From an uncultured Gemmatimonadales bacterium (GTDB taxonomy: Bacteria > Gemmatimonadota > Gemmatimonadetes > Gemmatimonadales > GWC2-71-9), in NCBI GenBank assembly GCA_963795085.1, contig CAWCFX010000006.1, positions 320,001-384,000 of the forward strand: a stretch of 64,000 nucleotides of DNA. Direction: 5' to 3'. The number at the start of each line of letters is the position of its first letter. Positions within the stretch are counted from its first letter, which is position 1. This document shows, piece by piece, positions 10,124 through 20,146 of this stretch. The notes beneath the pieces are model-generated. The model did not search any database, had not been told where the DNA came from, and worked only from the letters and a program-made list of their open reading frames with translations. Position numbers and translations under genes: made by a program.

Positions 10124-10152
10124 TTGACAATTCTACCACCGGCGGATAGCTT
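10124..10152 (+). promoter_or_regulatory. sigma70-type promoter of dnaE operon
   Basis: TTGACA-N17-TAGCTT. Confidence 0.7.
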
Positions 10153-10218
10153 CCCACAGAGGAAAGCGGGAACCCTCTCCGATTCCCCGCGGAATCCCAC
10201 GGCCATACAGCTTAACGA

Positions 10219-13200
10219 ATGTCTTTCGTCCATCTCCACACCCATAGTGAATTTTCCCTGCTGGACGGAGCCAACCGCATCCCGGAGCTGGTCAGCCACG
10301 TCAAGAAGCTGGGGATGGACAGCCTCGCCGTCACCGATCACGGCAATCTCCACGCCGCCTGGAGCTTCTACGAGGCGGCCCGGGCCCACGGCATCCGGCC
10401 AATCCTGGGTTTCGAGGCGTACCTGGCCTTTGGGCCACGGACCGCGCAGGCCCGGCCCCAGTGGGCCCCCGCGGCCTACAGCCACCTGGTGCTGCTGGCC
10501 CAGAACCAGGCCGGCTACAAGAACCTGATCCGGCTCTCGTCTATCGGCTTCACCGAGGGGTTTTACCGCCGCCCCCGGATCGACAAGGACGTGCTGGCCC
10601 AGTACTCCGAGGGGATCGTCTGCCTGGCGGCCTGCCTCTCGGGCGAGGTGGCCCTCTGGCTTCGGCAGGGCAAGCTGGACGAGGCGAAGAAATCCGCCGA
10701 GTGGTTTGCCACCACGTTTGGGAAAGACCGGTTCTGGCTCGAGATCCAGAAACACGGGATCCCGGAGGAGGACCTGGTCACCGAGGGCATGCTGCGGCTG
10801 GGCCGGGAACTGGGCATCGGCGTGGTGGCCACCAACGATGCCCATTACCTCCGCCGGGAGGACGCCGAGGCGCATGATGTGCTCCTCGCCATCGGCACCG
10901 GCGCCGACCTGGACGACCCCAAGCGATTCCGGTTTACCGGGCAGGAATCCTACGTCAAGTCGGAAACGGAGATGCGGGAGCTGTTTCCGGAGCACCTGGA
11001 GACGCTGGAAAACACCCAGGCGGTCGCCAACCTCTGCGAGTTCAGCTTCGAGAAGAAGTACTTCCTGCCCCAGTTTCCCCGGCCCAAGGACTACTCGGAC
11101 GACGCAACCCTGCTGGCCGATCTCGCCACGGCGGGGACCGAAGTGCGGTACGGCACTCCGCTGCCGGCCCCGGTCCGGGAACGCCTCGAGTTCGAGCTGG
11201 GCGTGATCAACACGGCGGGCTACGCCGGGTATTTCCTGATCGTGCAGGACTTCATCGCGGCGGCGCGGGCCCGCGGCATCCCGGTGGGGCCGGGCCGCGG
11301 TTCCGCCGCCGGCTCGATCGTCGCCTATGCCCTCGGCATCACCAACGTGGACCCGCTGAAGTTCGACCTTCTCTTTGAGCGGTTTCTCAACCCCGAGCGG
11401 GTGTCCATGCCGGATATCGACGTGGACTTCTGCTTCGAGCGGCGGGGCGAGGTCATCGAGTACGTGCGGGAACGCTATGGGCGGGAGAGCGTCGGCCAGA
11501 TCATCACCTTCGGGACGTTGAAGGCCCGGGCCGCGCTCAAGGACGTCGCCCGGGTGCTAAAGATCCCGCCCGGGGAAGCCGACAAGATCACCAAGCTGAT
11601 TCCTTCGGGCCCCGCCTACAGCCTCACCATCAGCGAGGCCATGAAAAAGGTGGACGAGCTGCGGGACCTGGCCCGGGAGAACCCGCTCTACCGCCGGCTG
11701 GCTGATCTCGGGTCCCGGATTGAAGGCATCTCCCGGCATGCCTCGGTGCACGCGGCCGGCGTGGTGATCGCCCCGGGCCCCCTTTCCGATTATGTGCCGG
11801 TCTGTACCGCCCCCACCAAGGGCGCCGGGCAGACCGCGGGGGGCGAGGACGCGATCATCACCCAGTACGACATGGTCGCGCTGGAGAAGGTCGGCATGCT
11901 CAAGATGGACATGCTCGGCCTCAAGACGTTGACGGTGATCCACGATGCCGTGCACATGGTCAAGGACCGCCACGGCACCGCGCCGGACATGGACGCCCTC
12001 GGCGAGTTCGACGATCCCGCGGTCTATGCCCTGCTCCGCCGGGGCCGCACCAGCGGGGTCTTCCAGTTCGAGTCGCCGCTGGCGACCGAGACGCTCCGCA
12101 ACATGAAGTGCGACCGTTTCGACGACCTGGTCGCCTCCAACGCGCTGCTGCGGCCGGGCCCGCTCGACACCGGGATGCACCTGGTGTTCATCAAGCGGAA
12201 GCTGGGCCAGGAAGAGGTCCGCTACCCGCACCCCTCGCTCCGGGAAGTGCTGGAGCCGACCTATGGCGTCATCACCTACCAGGAACAGGTGATGCGGATC
12301 GCCAACATCATCGCCGGGTTCTCGCTCGCCGAAGCCGACGTGCTGCGGAAGGCGGTCGGCAAGAAGGACGCGGAGCTGATCAAGAAGGAACTGGGCAAGT
12401 TCGTGGAGCGGGCGGTCGCGCTCAAGATCGACCGGCGGCTGGCCGAGGACCTCGCGGGCCAGATCGAGACCTTCGGCCGCTACGGCTTCAACAAGTCGCA
12501 CTCGGTGGCCTACTCGGTCCTGAGCTACCAGACCGCCTGGCTCAAGACCCACCACCCGGCCGAGTTCATGGCGGCGCTGCTCAGCTCGGAAATCGGCAAC
12601 ACCGACAAGGTGGTCCAGTACATCAACGAGGCCCGGGAACTGGGGCTCGAGGTGCTGCCCCCCAGCGTCAACGAGTCGGGCTTCAAGTTTACCGTGGTGG
12701 GCGAGACCCGGATCCGGTTCGGGCTGGGTGCGGTGCGAAACGTGGGCTGGGGCGCCATCGAATCCATCATCCACGCCCGGCACGAGGCGCCCTTTACCAG
12801 CCTGACCGACTTCGTCGAGCGGATCGACCTGCGACTCTGCAACAAGCGGGTGCTGGAGTCGCTGGTGGCGGCCGGGGCCTGCGACGCCCTGGGGGGGCAC
12901 CGGGCCCAGATGGTCGCAGCCCTTGATGCGGTGCTCGCCGAAGCGCAACTTCAGCAGCAGGAACGGGACGCGGGGCAGGCCTCGCTCTTCGGGGAGGCGC
13001 TCCCGGTGGCCCAGTCCCGCGGGGCGGTGCTGCCGGAGATTCCCGACTGGTCCGAGGCCGAGCGGCTGACCCGGGAAAAAGAGGTGATCGGCTTCTTCAT
13101 CTCGGGCCACCCGCTGGAGCGGTTCCGCCACGAGGTCGAGCTGTTCGGCAGCCGGACCACGGCGACCCTGGGCGAATGGAGCGAGCACCAGATCACCGTG

Positions 13201-13704
13201 GCCGCCGTGGTCACCATGGTGAAGCGGCAGATCTCCAAGAAGACCGGAAAGGAATATGCCCGGCTGGTGGTCGAGGATTTCCACGGCACCGCCGAAGCGC
13301 TGGTCTTTCCCGACGCCTGGGCCAAGCTCAACCAGGTCATCCGGGAGGATGTCCCGGTGCTGCTCACCGGCGGCTTCAGCCCCCGGGACCGGGGCGAGGA
13401 GCGGGCGCCGTTCGTGGTCGAGGGGGCCTCCCCGCTGGACCAGCTCAAGGGCTCGGGGGCGATCGGGCTGAGCCTCCGGTGGCGGACGCCCGAGGCGCCC
13501 CCCTCGGAGCAGGTCCGGGCGGCGGTGGCCCTCTGCAGCAAGCACCCGGGACCGGTCCCGCTCTATATTGAATGGTCTGACGGCAATGGCGAATCCCTGC
13601 GTCTCCGCTCCCGGCGCGTCCGGGTGGCGGCCGACGATGACCTGCTGCAGGGTCTGCGCGACCTCCTGGGGCCGGTCTCCGTGTCCTACGTCAAGGCGGG
13701 ATAA
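10219..13704 (+). CDS. dnaE: DNA polymerase III alpha subunit
   Basis: PHP domain HLHTHSEFSLLDG, GRGSAAGS, PDIDVDF, FNKSHS; C-terminal OB fold. Confidence 0.98.
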   Translation: MSFVHLHTHSEFSLLDGANRIPELVSHVKKLGMDSLAVTDHGNLHAAWSFYEAARAHGIRPILGFEAYLAFGPRTAQARPQWAPAAYSHLVLLAQNQAGYKNLIRLSSIGFTEGFYRRPRIDKDVLAQYSEGIVCLAACLSGEVALWLRQGKLDEAKKSAEWFATTFGKDRFWLEIQKHGIPEEDLVTEGMLRLGRELGIGVVATNDAHYLRREDAEAHDVLLAIGTGADLDDPKRFRFTGQESYVKSETEMRELFPEHLETLENTQAVANLCEFSFEKKYFLPQFPRPKDYSDDATLLADLATAGTEVRYGTPLPAPVRERLEFELGVINTAGYAGYFLIVQDFIAAARARGIPVGPGRGSAAGSIVAYALGITNVDPLKFDLLFERFLNPERVSMPDIDVDFCFERRGEVIEYVRERYGRESVGQIITFGTLKARAALKDVARVLKIPPGEADKITKLIPSGPAYSLTISEAMKKVDELRDLARENPLYRRLADLGSRIEGISRHASVHAAGVVIAPGPLSDYVPVCTAPTKGAGQTAGGEDAIITQYDMVALEKVGMLKMDMLGLKTLTVIHDAVHMVKDRHGTAPDMDALGEFDDPAVYALLRRGRTSGVFQFESPLATETLRNMKCDRFDDLVASNALLRPGPLDTGMHLVFIKRKLGQEEVRYPHPSLREVLEPTYGVITYQEQVMRIANIIAGFSLAEADVLRKAVGKKDAELIKKELGKFVERAVALKIDRRLAEDLAGQIETFGRYGFNKSHSVAYSVLSYQTAWLKTHHPAEFMAALLSSEIGNTDKVVQYINEARELGLEVLPPSVNESGFKFTVVGETRIRFGLGAVRNVGWGAIESIIHARHEAPFTSLTDFVERIDLRLCNKRVLESLVAAGACDALGGHRAQMVAALDAVLAEAQLQQQERDAGQASLFGEALPVAQSRGAVLPEIPDWSEAERLTREKEVIGFFISGHPLERFRHEVELFGSRTTATLGEWSEHQITVAAVVTMVKRQISKKTGKEYARLVVEDFHGTAEALVFPDAWAKLNQVIREDVPVLLTGGFSPRDRGEERAPFVVEGASPLDQLKGSGAIGLSLRWRTPEAPPSEQVRAAVALCSKHPGPVPLYIEWSDGNGESLRLRSRRVRVAADDDLLQGLRDLLGPVSVSYVKAG

Positions 13705-13707
13705 CTG

Positions 13708-14670
13708 ATGGCGACTGCGTATACGCTGGAATTCGAGAAGCCCCTCCAGGAACTGGAACGGCAGATCGAAGACCTCAAGCGCATCGGCACCGAGCGATCC
13801 ATGGACATCGACGGCGAGCTCGCCGCCCTGCAGACCCGGCTGGAATCGCTACGGGACGAGATCTACCGCAACCTCACGCCAATCCAGCGGGTGATGGTGG
13901 CCCGGCACCCCCGGCGGCCCTACAGCCTGGACTACCTGAGTTCGATCTTCACCGATTTCATCGAACTCCACGGCGACCGGCTCTACCGCGACGACCCCGC
14001 CATCGTCGGCGGCTGGGCCAGGCTGGACGGCGTCTCGGTGATGGTCATCGGCCACCAGAAAGGCCGGGACACCAAGGAGAATCTCAAGCGCAACTTCGGC
14101 ATGGCCCACCCCGAGGGCTACCGCAAGGCGCTCCGGCTGATGCACCTGGCGGCCAAGTTCAACGCCCCGATCATCACCCTGATCGACACGCCGGGTGCCT
14201 ATCCCGGGCTGGGGGCCGAAGAGCGGGGACAGTCCGAAGCGCTGGCCCGGAACATCGTGGAGATGGCGTCCCTGGCCACGCCCTGCGTGGCGGTCGTCAT
14301 CGGGGAGGGAGGCTCCGGCGGCGCCCTGGCCCTCGGGGTCGCCGACCGGATCCTGATGCTGGAGAACTCAGTCTATTCGGTGATCTCCCCCGAGGGCTGC
14401 GCCGCCATCCTGTGGAAAGACGCCGCCCAGCGGGAGCGGGCCGCGGACGCGCTCAAGCTGACGGCCGAGGACCTGATCCGCTTCAAGGTGATCGACGAGA
14501 TCATCCCGGAGCCGCCCGGCGGCGCCCACCAGGACCCCGAGGCCACCGGCGAAGCGCTGCGCACCGCCCTGATCCGGCACCTCACCGAGTTGCGCAAGGT
14601 CAAGCCGGAAAAGCTGGTGCGCCGGCGGGCCGACAAGTTCGCGGGAATGGGTGCGTTTACGGAGGCGTAG
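13708..14670 (+). CDS. accA: Acetyl-CoA carboxylase carboxyltransferase alpha
   Basis: [38 protein letters not shown]. Confidence 0.97.
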   Translation: MATAYTLEFEKPLQELERQIEDLKRIGTERSMDIDGELAALQTRLESLRDEIYRNLTPIQRVMVARHPRRPYSLDYLSSIFTDFIELHGDRLYRDDPAIVGGWARLDGVSVMVIGHQKGRDTKENLKRNFGMAHPEGYRKALRLMHLAAKFNAPIITLIDTPGAYPGLGAEERGQSEALARNIVEMASLATPCVAVVIGEGGSGGALALGVADRILMLENSVYSVISPEGCAAILWKDAAQRERAADALKLTAEDLIRFKVIDEIIPEPPGGAHQDPEATGEALRTALIRHLTELRKVKPEKLVRRRADKFAGMGAFTEA

Positions 14671-14751
14671 CCCGGTATCATTCGCCGATCGGCGATCAGT
14701 CATGGGCGCATGACTGATCCATGCAATTCTGTCATCGTCAAAGCCTACCCC

Positions 14752-15801
14752 ATGCAAACCGTCGAAGTCCGCTTCAAGGGCAACCGCAAGGCCTTCTTCT
14801 CCTGGGAGAACGAAGCCGAGCCGCTGCATCTCGCCGAGCCGGTGATCGTCGAGGCGGAGCGGGGGCTGGACTTTGGCCGGGTCAACAGCGTGGGGGACAC
14901 GGCCGAGAAGAAATGCACCAGCTGCGCCACGGGGTGCGGCACCGGCGAGGGCGAGAAGGCTGCCCCGGTCGTGCGGCCGGTGGCCCGGCGGGCCAGCCAG
15001 GAGGAGATCCGTACCGCCAACGAGCTCCGCAAGAGCGAGGAAGAGGTCCGCCGCAAGGTCATCGCCCGGGTGCAGGAGCACCAGCTCCAGATGAAGGTGA
15101 GCGACGCCGAGTGGCAGTGGGACCGCAACAAGCTCACCGTGTACTTCACCGCCGAGAAGCGGGTGGATTTCCGGGCGCTGGTACGAGACCTGGCGTCCCA
15201 GTTCCGGACCCGGATCGAATTGCGGCAGATCGGGGTGCGGGACGAAGCCGCCCGGCTGACCGGGGTGGGCCGCTGCGGCCGGGAATACTGCTGCTCCACC
15301 TGGCTGACCGAACTGAGCCCGGTCAACCTGAGCCTGGCCAAGGACCAGCATCTGTCGCTCAACCCGCAGCAGATCAGCGGCGGCTGCGGGCGCCTGCTCT
15401 GCTGCCTCAAATACGAGCACGACTTCTACGTCACCGCCCGGCGCCGGTTCCCCAAGGAAGGAAAGACCCTGACCACCACGGTAGGCCCCGAGAAGGTGGT
15501 CGCGGTGGACATCTTCCGCGAGCGGGTGTTCCTCCGCCATGAAGAACATGGTCCCCGCATCATCACCCTGGTGCAGCTCAAGGAGGAACTGGAGAGCGCC
15601 GGGAGCGAACCGCTTCCGGTGCTCGATATCCGTCCGGCGCCCTCGACCCCGCGGGAACGGCCAGCAGACGCCGCGCCGCCCGAACCGGCGCCCCCGGCGG
15701 GGGCAGCCCCCCGGCGGCGGCGACGGGGCCGCCGGGGCCGGGGCGGCGGCGGTGGCGGTGGCGGTGGCGGCGCGAACGGTGGCCCCGCCAGCCAGAACTG
15801 A
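14752..15801 (+). CDS. ricT: PSP1-domain protein RicT/YaaT (alternative start 14710)
   Basis: RVDFRALVRDLA, RIELRQIGVRDEA, CGREYCC, CGRLLCCLKYE. Confidence 0.9.
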   Translation: MQTVEVRFKGNRKAFFSWENEAEPLHLAEPVIVEAERGLDFGRVNSVGDTAEKKCTSCATGCGTGEGEKAAPVVRPVARRASQEEIRTANELRKSEEEVRRKVIARVQEHQLQMKVSDAEWQWDRNKLTVYFTAEKRVDFRALVRDLASQFRTRIELRQIGVRDEAARLTGVGRCGREYCCSTWLTELSPVNLSLAKDQHLSLNPQQISGGCGRLLCCLKYEHDFYVTARRRFPKEGKTLTTTVGPEKVVAVDIFRERVFLRHEEHGPRIITLVQLKEELESAGSEPLPVLDIRPAPSTPRERPADAAPPEPAPPAGAAPRRRRRGRRGRGGGGGGGGGGANGGPASQN

Positions 15802-15828
15802 ATTCTCTCCTCCACCGGGATTTCCACG

Positions 15829-17355
15829 TTGCCCAAGTTCTACATCACGACCGCTATCGACTACTCCAACGGCGACCCGCACCTCGGCCATGCGCTCGAG
15901 AAAGTGGGGGCCGACTGCATTGCCCGGTATCGTCGGCTCCGGGGCGACGAAGTGCATTTCGTGATGGGCATGGACGAGCACGGCCAGAAAGTCGTCAACA
16001 CCGCGGAGGCCGAAGGGGTCCCGGTTCAGCCCTGGGTGGACCGGTTGTCGGAGCGCTTCGAAGGAACCTGGCGCCGGCTGCACTGCTCCCCCGACGACTG
16101 GATCCGGACCACCGAGCCGCGGCACAGCGCGGCGGTCATCGCCCTGCTGGAGCGGATCATGGCCCGGAGCCCGGACGATATCTTCCTGGGGGAGTACGAA
16201 GGGCTCTACTGCGTCGGCTGCGAGGAGTTCAAGGCGCCGAACCAGATCGTGGACGGCCGCTGCATCGAACATCCCAGCCTCGACCTGGTTCCCACCCGGG
16301 AATCCAACCACTTCTTCCGGCTCAGCCGGTACACGGGGGTGCTGCTGGACCTCATCTCGTCGGGCCGGTTCGTCGTCGAGCCGGAGATCCGCCGCAATGA
16401 GATTCTCCGGCTGCTGCAGGACGGGCTCACCGATATCTCGATCTCTCGCGTGCGGATTCCCTGGGGCATTCCCTTTCCCGGGGCGCCGGAGCACACGGTC
16501 TATGTCTGGTTCGACGCCCTGATCAACTACCTCTCCGCCGCCGGGTTTCCCGGGGAGGGGTACCAGCGGCTGTGGCCGGCCGACCTTCACGTCATCGGCA
16601 AGGGCATCACCCGGTTCCACTGCGTCATCTGGCCGGCCATGCTGCTGGCGGCCGGGGTCGAGTTGCCGAGGAAAGTCTGGGCCCACGGCTACGTGCAGTG
16701 GGGCGGCAGCAAGGTCTCCAAGACGGCCGGGGTCGCGGTGAGCATCGACGAGGCCGTCGCGCGGCATGGCGCCGATGCGCTCCGCTATTTCCTGCTGCGC
16801 GAAGTCGGGTTCACCAACGACGGGGACTTTACCTGGGAGCGGTTCGACGAGCGGTACACCGCGGACCTCGCGGACGGCTTGGGCAACCTCGCCTCCCGCT
16901 CGCTCCAGATGATCGTCAAGTACCGGGAGGGCAAAGTCCCCGGCCGGGGCGAGGCTTCCCGGCTGGACCAGGCGGGGGATGAGTCGGTCCGGCGCTACGC
17001 TCAGGTTATGGATGGGTTGGAGCTCAAGGGCGGGGCGGAGGCGATCGGCGACCTGGTCACGGCCGCCAACCAGTATATCGTTCAGAGCGCCCCGTGGAAT
17101 CTGGCGAAAGCTGGCGAAATGCGGGAATTGGACCTGGTCCTGGGGTCCCTGGCCCGCTGCCTGGAACGGCTGGCCATCCTGAGCTACCCGTACCTGCCGG
17201 AGAAGGCGGCCCAGCTGTGGGCGTCCATGGGCAACCCCGGGCCCCTGGACCAGGTGCGCTGGGCCCGGGTGCAGGCCCCTGCGCCGTACGGCCAAGTGGT
17301 GCGGAAGCCAGAGAATCTCTTTCCCAAGCCGGCCCCGGCCCAGCCAACTACTTGA
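15829..17355 (+). CDS. metG: Methionyl-tRNA synthetase (short form, no C-terminal EMAP domain)
   Basis: YITTAIDY, HLGH, GMDEHGQK, YVWFDALINY; TTG start. Confidence 0.95.
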   Translation: MPKFYITTAIDYSNGDPHLGHALEKVGADCIARYRRLRGDEVHFVMGMDEHGQKVVNTAEAEGVPVQPWVDRLSERFEGTWRRLHCSPDDWIRTTEPRHSAAVIALLERIMARSPDDIFLGEYEGLYCVGCEEFKAPNQIVDGRCIEHPSLDLVPTRESNHFFRLSRYTGVLLDLISSGRFVVEPEIRRNEILRLLQDGLTDISISRVRIPWGIPFPGAPEHTVYVWFDALINYLSAAGFPGEGYQRLWPADLHVIGKGITRFHCVIWPAMLLAAGVELPRKVWAHGYVQWGGSKVSKTAGVAVSIDEAVARHGADALRYFLLREVGFTNDGDFTWERFDERYTADLADGLGNLASRSLQMIVKYREGKVPGRGEASRLDQAGDESVRRYAQVMDGLELKGGAEAIGDLVTAANQYIVQSAPWNLAKAGEMRELDLVLGSLARCLERLAILSYPYLPEKAAQLWASMGNPGPLDQVRWARVQAPAPYGQVVRKPENLFPKPAPAQPTT

Positions 17356-17565
17356 CAGTCAAATAGTTATACGCGTCATTCCGGCCTTGACAGGGCCCCG
17401 TTCCGCCTGCAATTTGTCCCCGCCTCCTCGGCATTCCCGGATCGTCAACACCGTCCGACCCGCTGGCTGCTTTTCGCGGCGCTGCTTTTGCCACACTCAG
17501 CACCGTTGCCGCCTCTCCGCAGGCCTGTCGCCGGGTCCCATCGCAGCACATGCTAGAGAACGCTT

Positions 17566-18480
17566 ATGACCAAACGCCGCTGGACGTTCGTCGTTTCTCC
17601 CCCAGGCTCGGGGGCCTCGAAGGTTTTCGAGTTCTCGACCCGCGCCCTGAAGGTGGCGGGAGGAGCGACGTTGATCGCCACCCTGGTGGCGTTGCTGCTG
17701 GGCTATTCCACGTTCTCCCGGTCGCTGCACCTGAGCCACGCCAACGCCGTCGAGCGGGAAAATTCCGAACTGAGCACCGAGATCGCCCGGCTGGGCGGCC
17801 GCATCGATTCACTGTCCGATACCCTGGACGCCATTGCCGTCCGGAACAGCCGGATCCGGCTGCTGGCCAATCTGGAGCCGATCGATCCCCAGGTCCTGAT
17901 GGCAGGCATCGGCGGCCCGGAACGGCCGGGCCCGGAGGCGCAGACGGCGACCGCCCGTGAAACAGCCCGCGTGAAGGTCGACCTGAACGCGCTGGTCCGG
18001 CGGGCCAACCTGCTGGCCGCCTCCTTCAAGGAAGCGGGGGACAGCCTCCAGTCGCACCGGGAGCGCCTCGCGGCCACCCCGTCCATCATGCCCACCCAGG
18101 GCTGGCTCTCCAGCGCTTTCTCCCGGATGCGGGCGCACCCGGTGCTGCACATTTCGCGGCCCCACGAAGGCATCGACGTCAGCGCCCCGCAGGGCGCTCC
18201 CATCGAAGCGCCGGCCAACGGCACGGTGCTCCGCGCCGGCTGGGAAAATGGCTACGGCAATGTCATCGAAATCAACCACGGGTACGGGGTCGTCACCCGG
18301 TTCGCGCACGCCTCGAAACTGCTGGTCGGCCGCGGGCAGCGGGTCACCCGCGGGGAGCGGGTTGCCCTGGTCGGCTCTACCGGCCTGGCGACCGGCCCCC
18401 ACCTGCACTACGAAGTGCACGTCAATGGCCGTCCCGTGGATCCCCTGCGCTACGTGCTGCCGGAAGCCATCGTCGACTGA
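17566..18480 (+). CDS. M23 family metallopeptidase with TM and coiled coil
   Basis: HEGID and GPHLHYEV motifs. Confidence 0.92.
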   Translation: MTKRRWTFVVSPPGSGASKVFEFSTRALKVAGGATLIATLVALLLGYSTFSRSLHLSHANAVERENSELSTEIARLGGRIDSLSDTLDAIAVRNSRIRLLANLEPIDPQVLMAGIGGPERPGPEAQTATARETARVKVDLNALVRRANLLAASFKEAGDSLQSHRERLAATPSIMPTQGWLSSAFSRMRAHPVLHISRPHEGIDVSAPQGAPIEAPANGTVLRAGWENGYGNVIEINHGYGVVTRFAHASKLLVGRGQRVTRGERVALVGSTGLATGPHLHYEVHVNGRPVDPLRYVLPEAIVD

Positions 18481-19540
18481 CCCCGCGGCGCGCCCCCGCC
18501 AGCCAGCGCAGTTCCTGCCCAACCGCGCGGCCCAGGGCCTTCGTGATGGTCCAGGCCGGCGCGCCTCCGGTAAAGGCCGACGCGATCGCATAGAGAAACC
18601 GGGGGGAAAACCTGGCCCGGTTGCCGATGGCATAGACCGGCGCCCAATGGTCAGGCTGAAACTTGGCCTTGAACGCGTCCAGCCCGTCGAAGTCATAGAA
18701 CCGGCGTCCATGCGCCCGCACCCATCCGAACACGCCTTCCATCCACCACTCTGACGGCACCGCCGGCAACACGGCGCGACGGGACAACGGCGCGAGTCCC
18801 AGCGTGACATACCCGGCTCCGTCCACCACCATCCGGCTGGCCGCCGCTTCGATCAGGCTCTCCGACACTCCGTTCGGGGCGCCGGGCGCTCGGACCACCT
18901 GCTCGATGAGCCATCCCCGACGCGCCGGCACCGGGCTCGCCACCAGGAATCCGAGCACCGTGTCTCCCCGTTCTGCCACGAAGACCATTCGGTCTTCCGG
19001 GTGCGAAAGGGTCTCGGGCTCCACGAGGAAATGCAGCGCGGGGAGGCCCCGGGTGCCCAGCCATCCCCGGAGAACCGCCTGGAGGCGAGGATTGTCCCGG
19101 ACCAGGCCTGAGGGCCAGCAGGCGATCCGGATCCCCTTGTTCCGGGCCCGATGCAGCTGCGCCCGGAGGGACGCGTGCCGGTGGATGTAGCCGGCCAGGT
19201 TGGCCGGTTCCCAGGCCGGCTGGCCGCCGAGGACCACGGTGCAATGATGGGGCAGGAGCGCGCTCAGCTGCTGCAGCCGCTCCTCCGCGCCGAAGTAGCA
19301 CACCAGGTCCCCGTGGTCCCGGGCCACCCCTTCGAACTCGGCCACGACATCCGCCAGCCGTTCGGGCCGCGCCACCGGCGCCCCGGCCACCACCCGCACC
19401 CCGGCGTGGCGCACGTACCCCACCAACGCATCACCCCGGGACGCGAACCAGTGCGCGATCCCGGGGTTGATGATCTGATACGCCGTGCTGTTCCACCCAT
19501 GCTGAAGGATCAGGCCGCGGGCCCGTTCCGCCGAACTCAC
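18422..19540 (-). CDS. Stand-alone DUF2156 aminoacyl-phosphatidylglycerol synthase (MprF C-terminal) domain
   Basis: APNGVSESL, LGLAPL, YDFDGLDAFKAKFQP; no TM flippase domain. Confidence 0.85.
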   Translation of the reverse strand: MSSAERARGLILQHGWNSTAYQIINPGIAHWFASRGDALVGYVRHAGVRVVAGAPVARPERLADVVAEFEGVARDHGDLVCYFGAEERLQQLSALLPHHCTVVLGGQPAWEPANLAGYIHRHASLRAQLHRARNKGIRIACWPSGLVRDNPRLQAVLRGWLGTRGLPALHFLVEPETLSHPEDRMVFVAERGDTVLGFLVASPVPARRGWLIEQVVRAPGAPNGVSESLIEAAASRMVVDGAGYVTLGLAPLSRRAVLPAVPSEWWMEGVFGWVRAHGRRFYDFDGLDAFKAKFQPDHWAPVYAIGNRARFSPRFLYAIASAFTGGAPAWTITKALGRAVGQELRWLAGARRGVSRRWLPAARSAGDPRDGH

Positions 19541-19576
19541 GACCGGGTCACCGGCCGCGCTCCACGAAACGAATCC

Positions 19577-20146
19577 TCAGAACTGGACTTTGGGAACTTC
19601 CTCCGCTCCGGCCGTGGTCTCGAAATACTTCCGGGGCGCGCCATGGCCGAACATCTTGGCGGTCAGGTTATACGGAAACCGACGGATATAGGAGTTGAAC
19701 GCCTCGACCGACGCATTGTAGTCCTGCCGGGCCACCGAGATCCGGTTCTCGGTCCCGGTCAGTTCATCCTGCAGCTGCAAGAAGTTCTGGTTGCTCTTGA
19801 GTTCGGGATAGGCCTCTGCGATGGCCAGGAGGCGGGACAACGGCGCCGTGAGGGCCGCGTTGGCCTCCGCCATCTCCTCGACACTCCCGGACTGGACCGC
19901 GCCGGCCAGCCGGCCGCGCGCCTCCGCCACCCGGATGAAAATGGTGGATTCCTGCTGGGCGAACCCCTTGACCGTCGCCACCAGGTTGGGAACCAGGTCG
20001 GCCCGGCGCTGCAACTGAGCCTTGATGTTGCCCTCGGCCTTGTTGACGTTCTCGTCCAGCGTCTGGATCGTGTTATAGCCGCAGCCGGTCGCGAGCAGCA
20101 GCACCATGGCCGTCAGCGGCAACCTGAACGATCGTGACCGTGTCAT
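19577..20146 (-). CDS. lemA: LemA family protein
   Basis: QRRADLVPNLV, EAYPELKSNQNF, TENRISVAR. Confidence 0.95.
   Translation of the reverse strand: MTRSRSFRLPLTAMVLLLATGCGYNTIQTLDENVNKAEGNIKAQLQRRADLVPNLVATVKGFAQQESTIFIRVAEARGRLAGAVQSGSVEEMAEANAALTAPLSRLLAIAEAYPELKSNQNFLQLQDELTGTENRISVARQDYNASVEAFNSYIRRFPYNLTAKMFGHGAPRKYFETTAGAEEVPKVQF

Noticed and set aside
14368..17295. 975-aa minus-strand ORF
   Set aside because: Shadow of accA, ricT and metG
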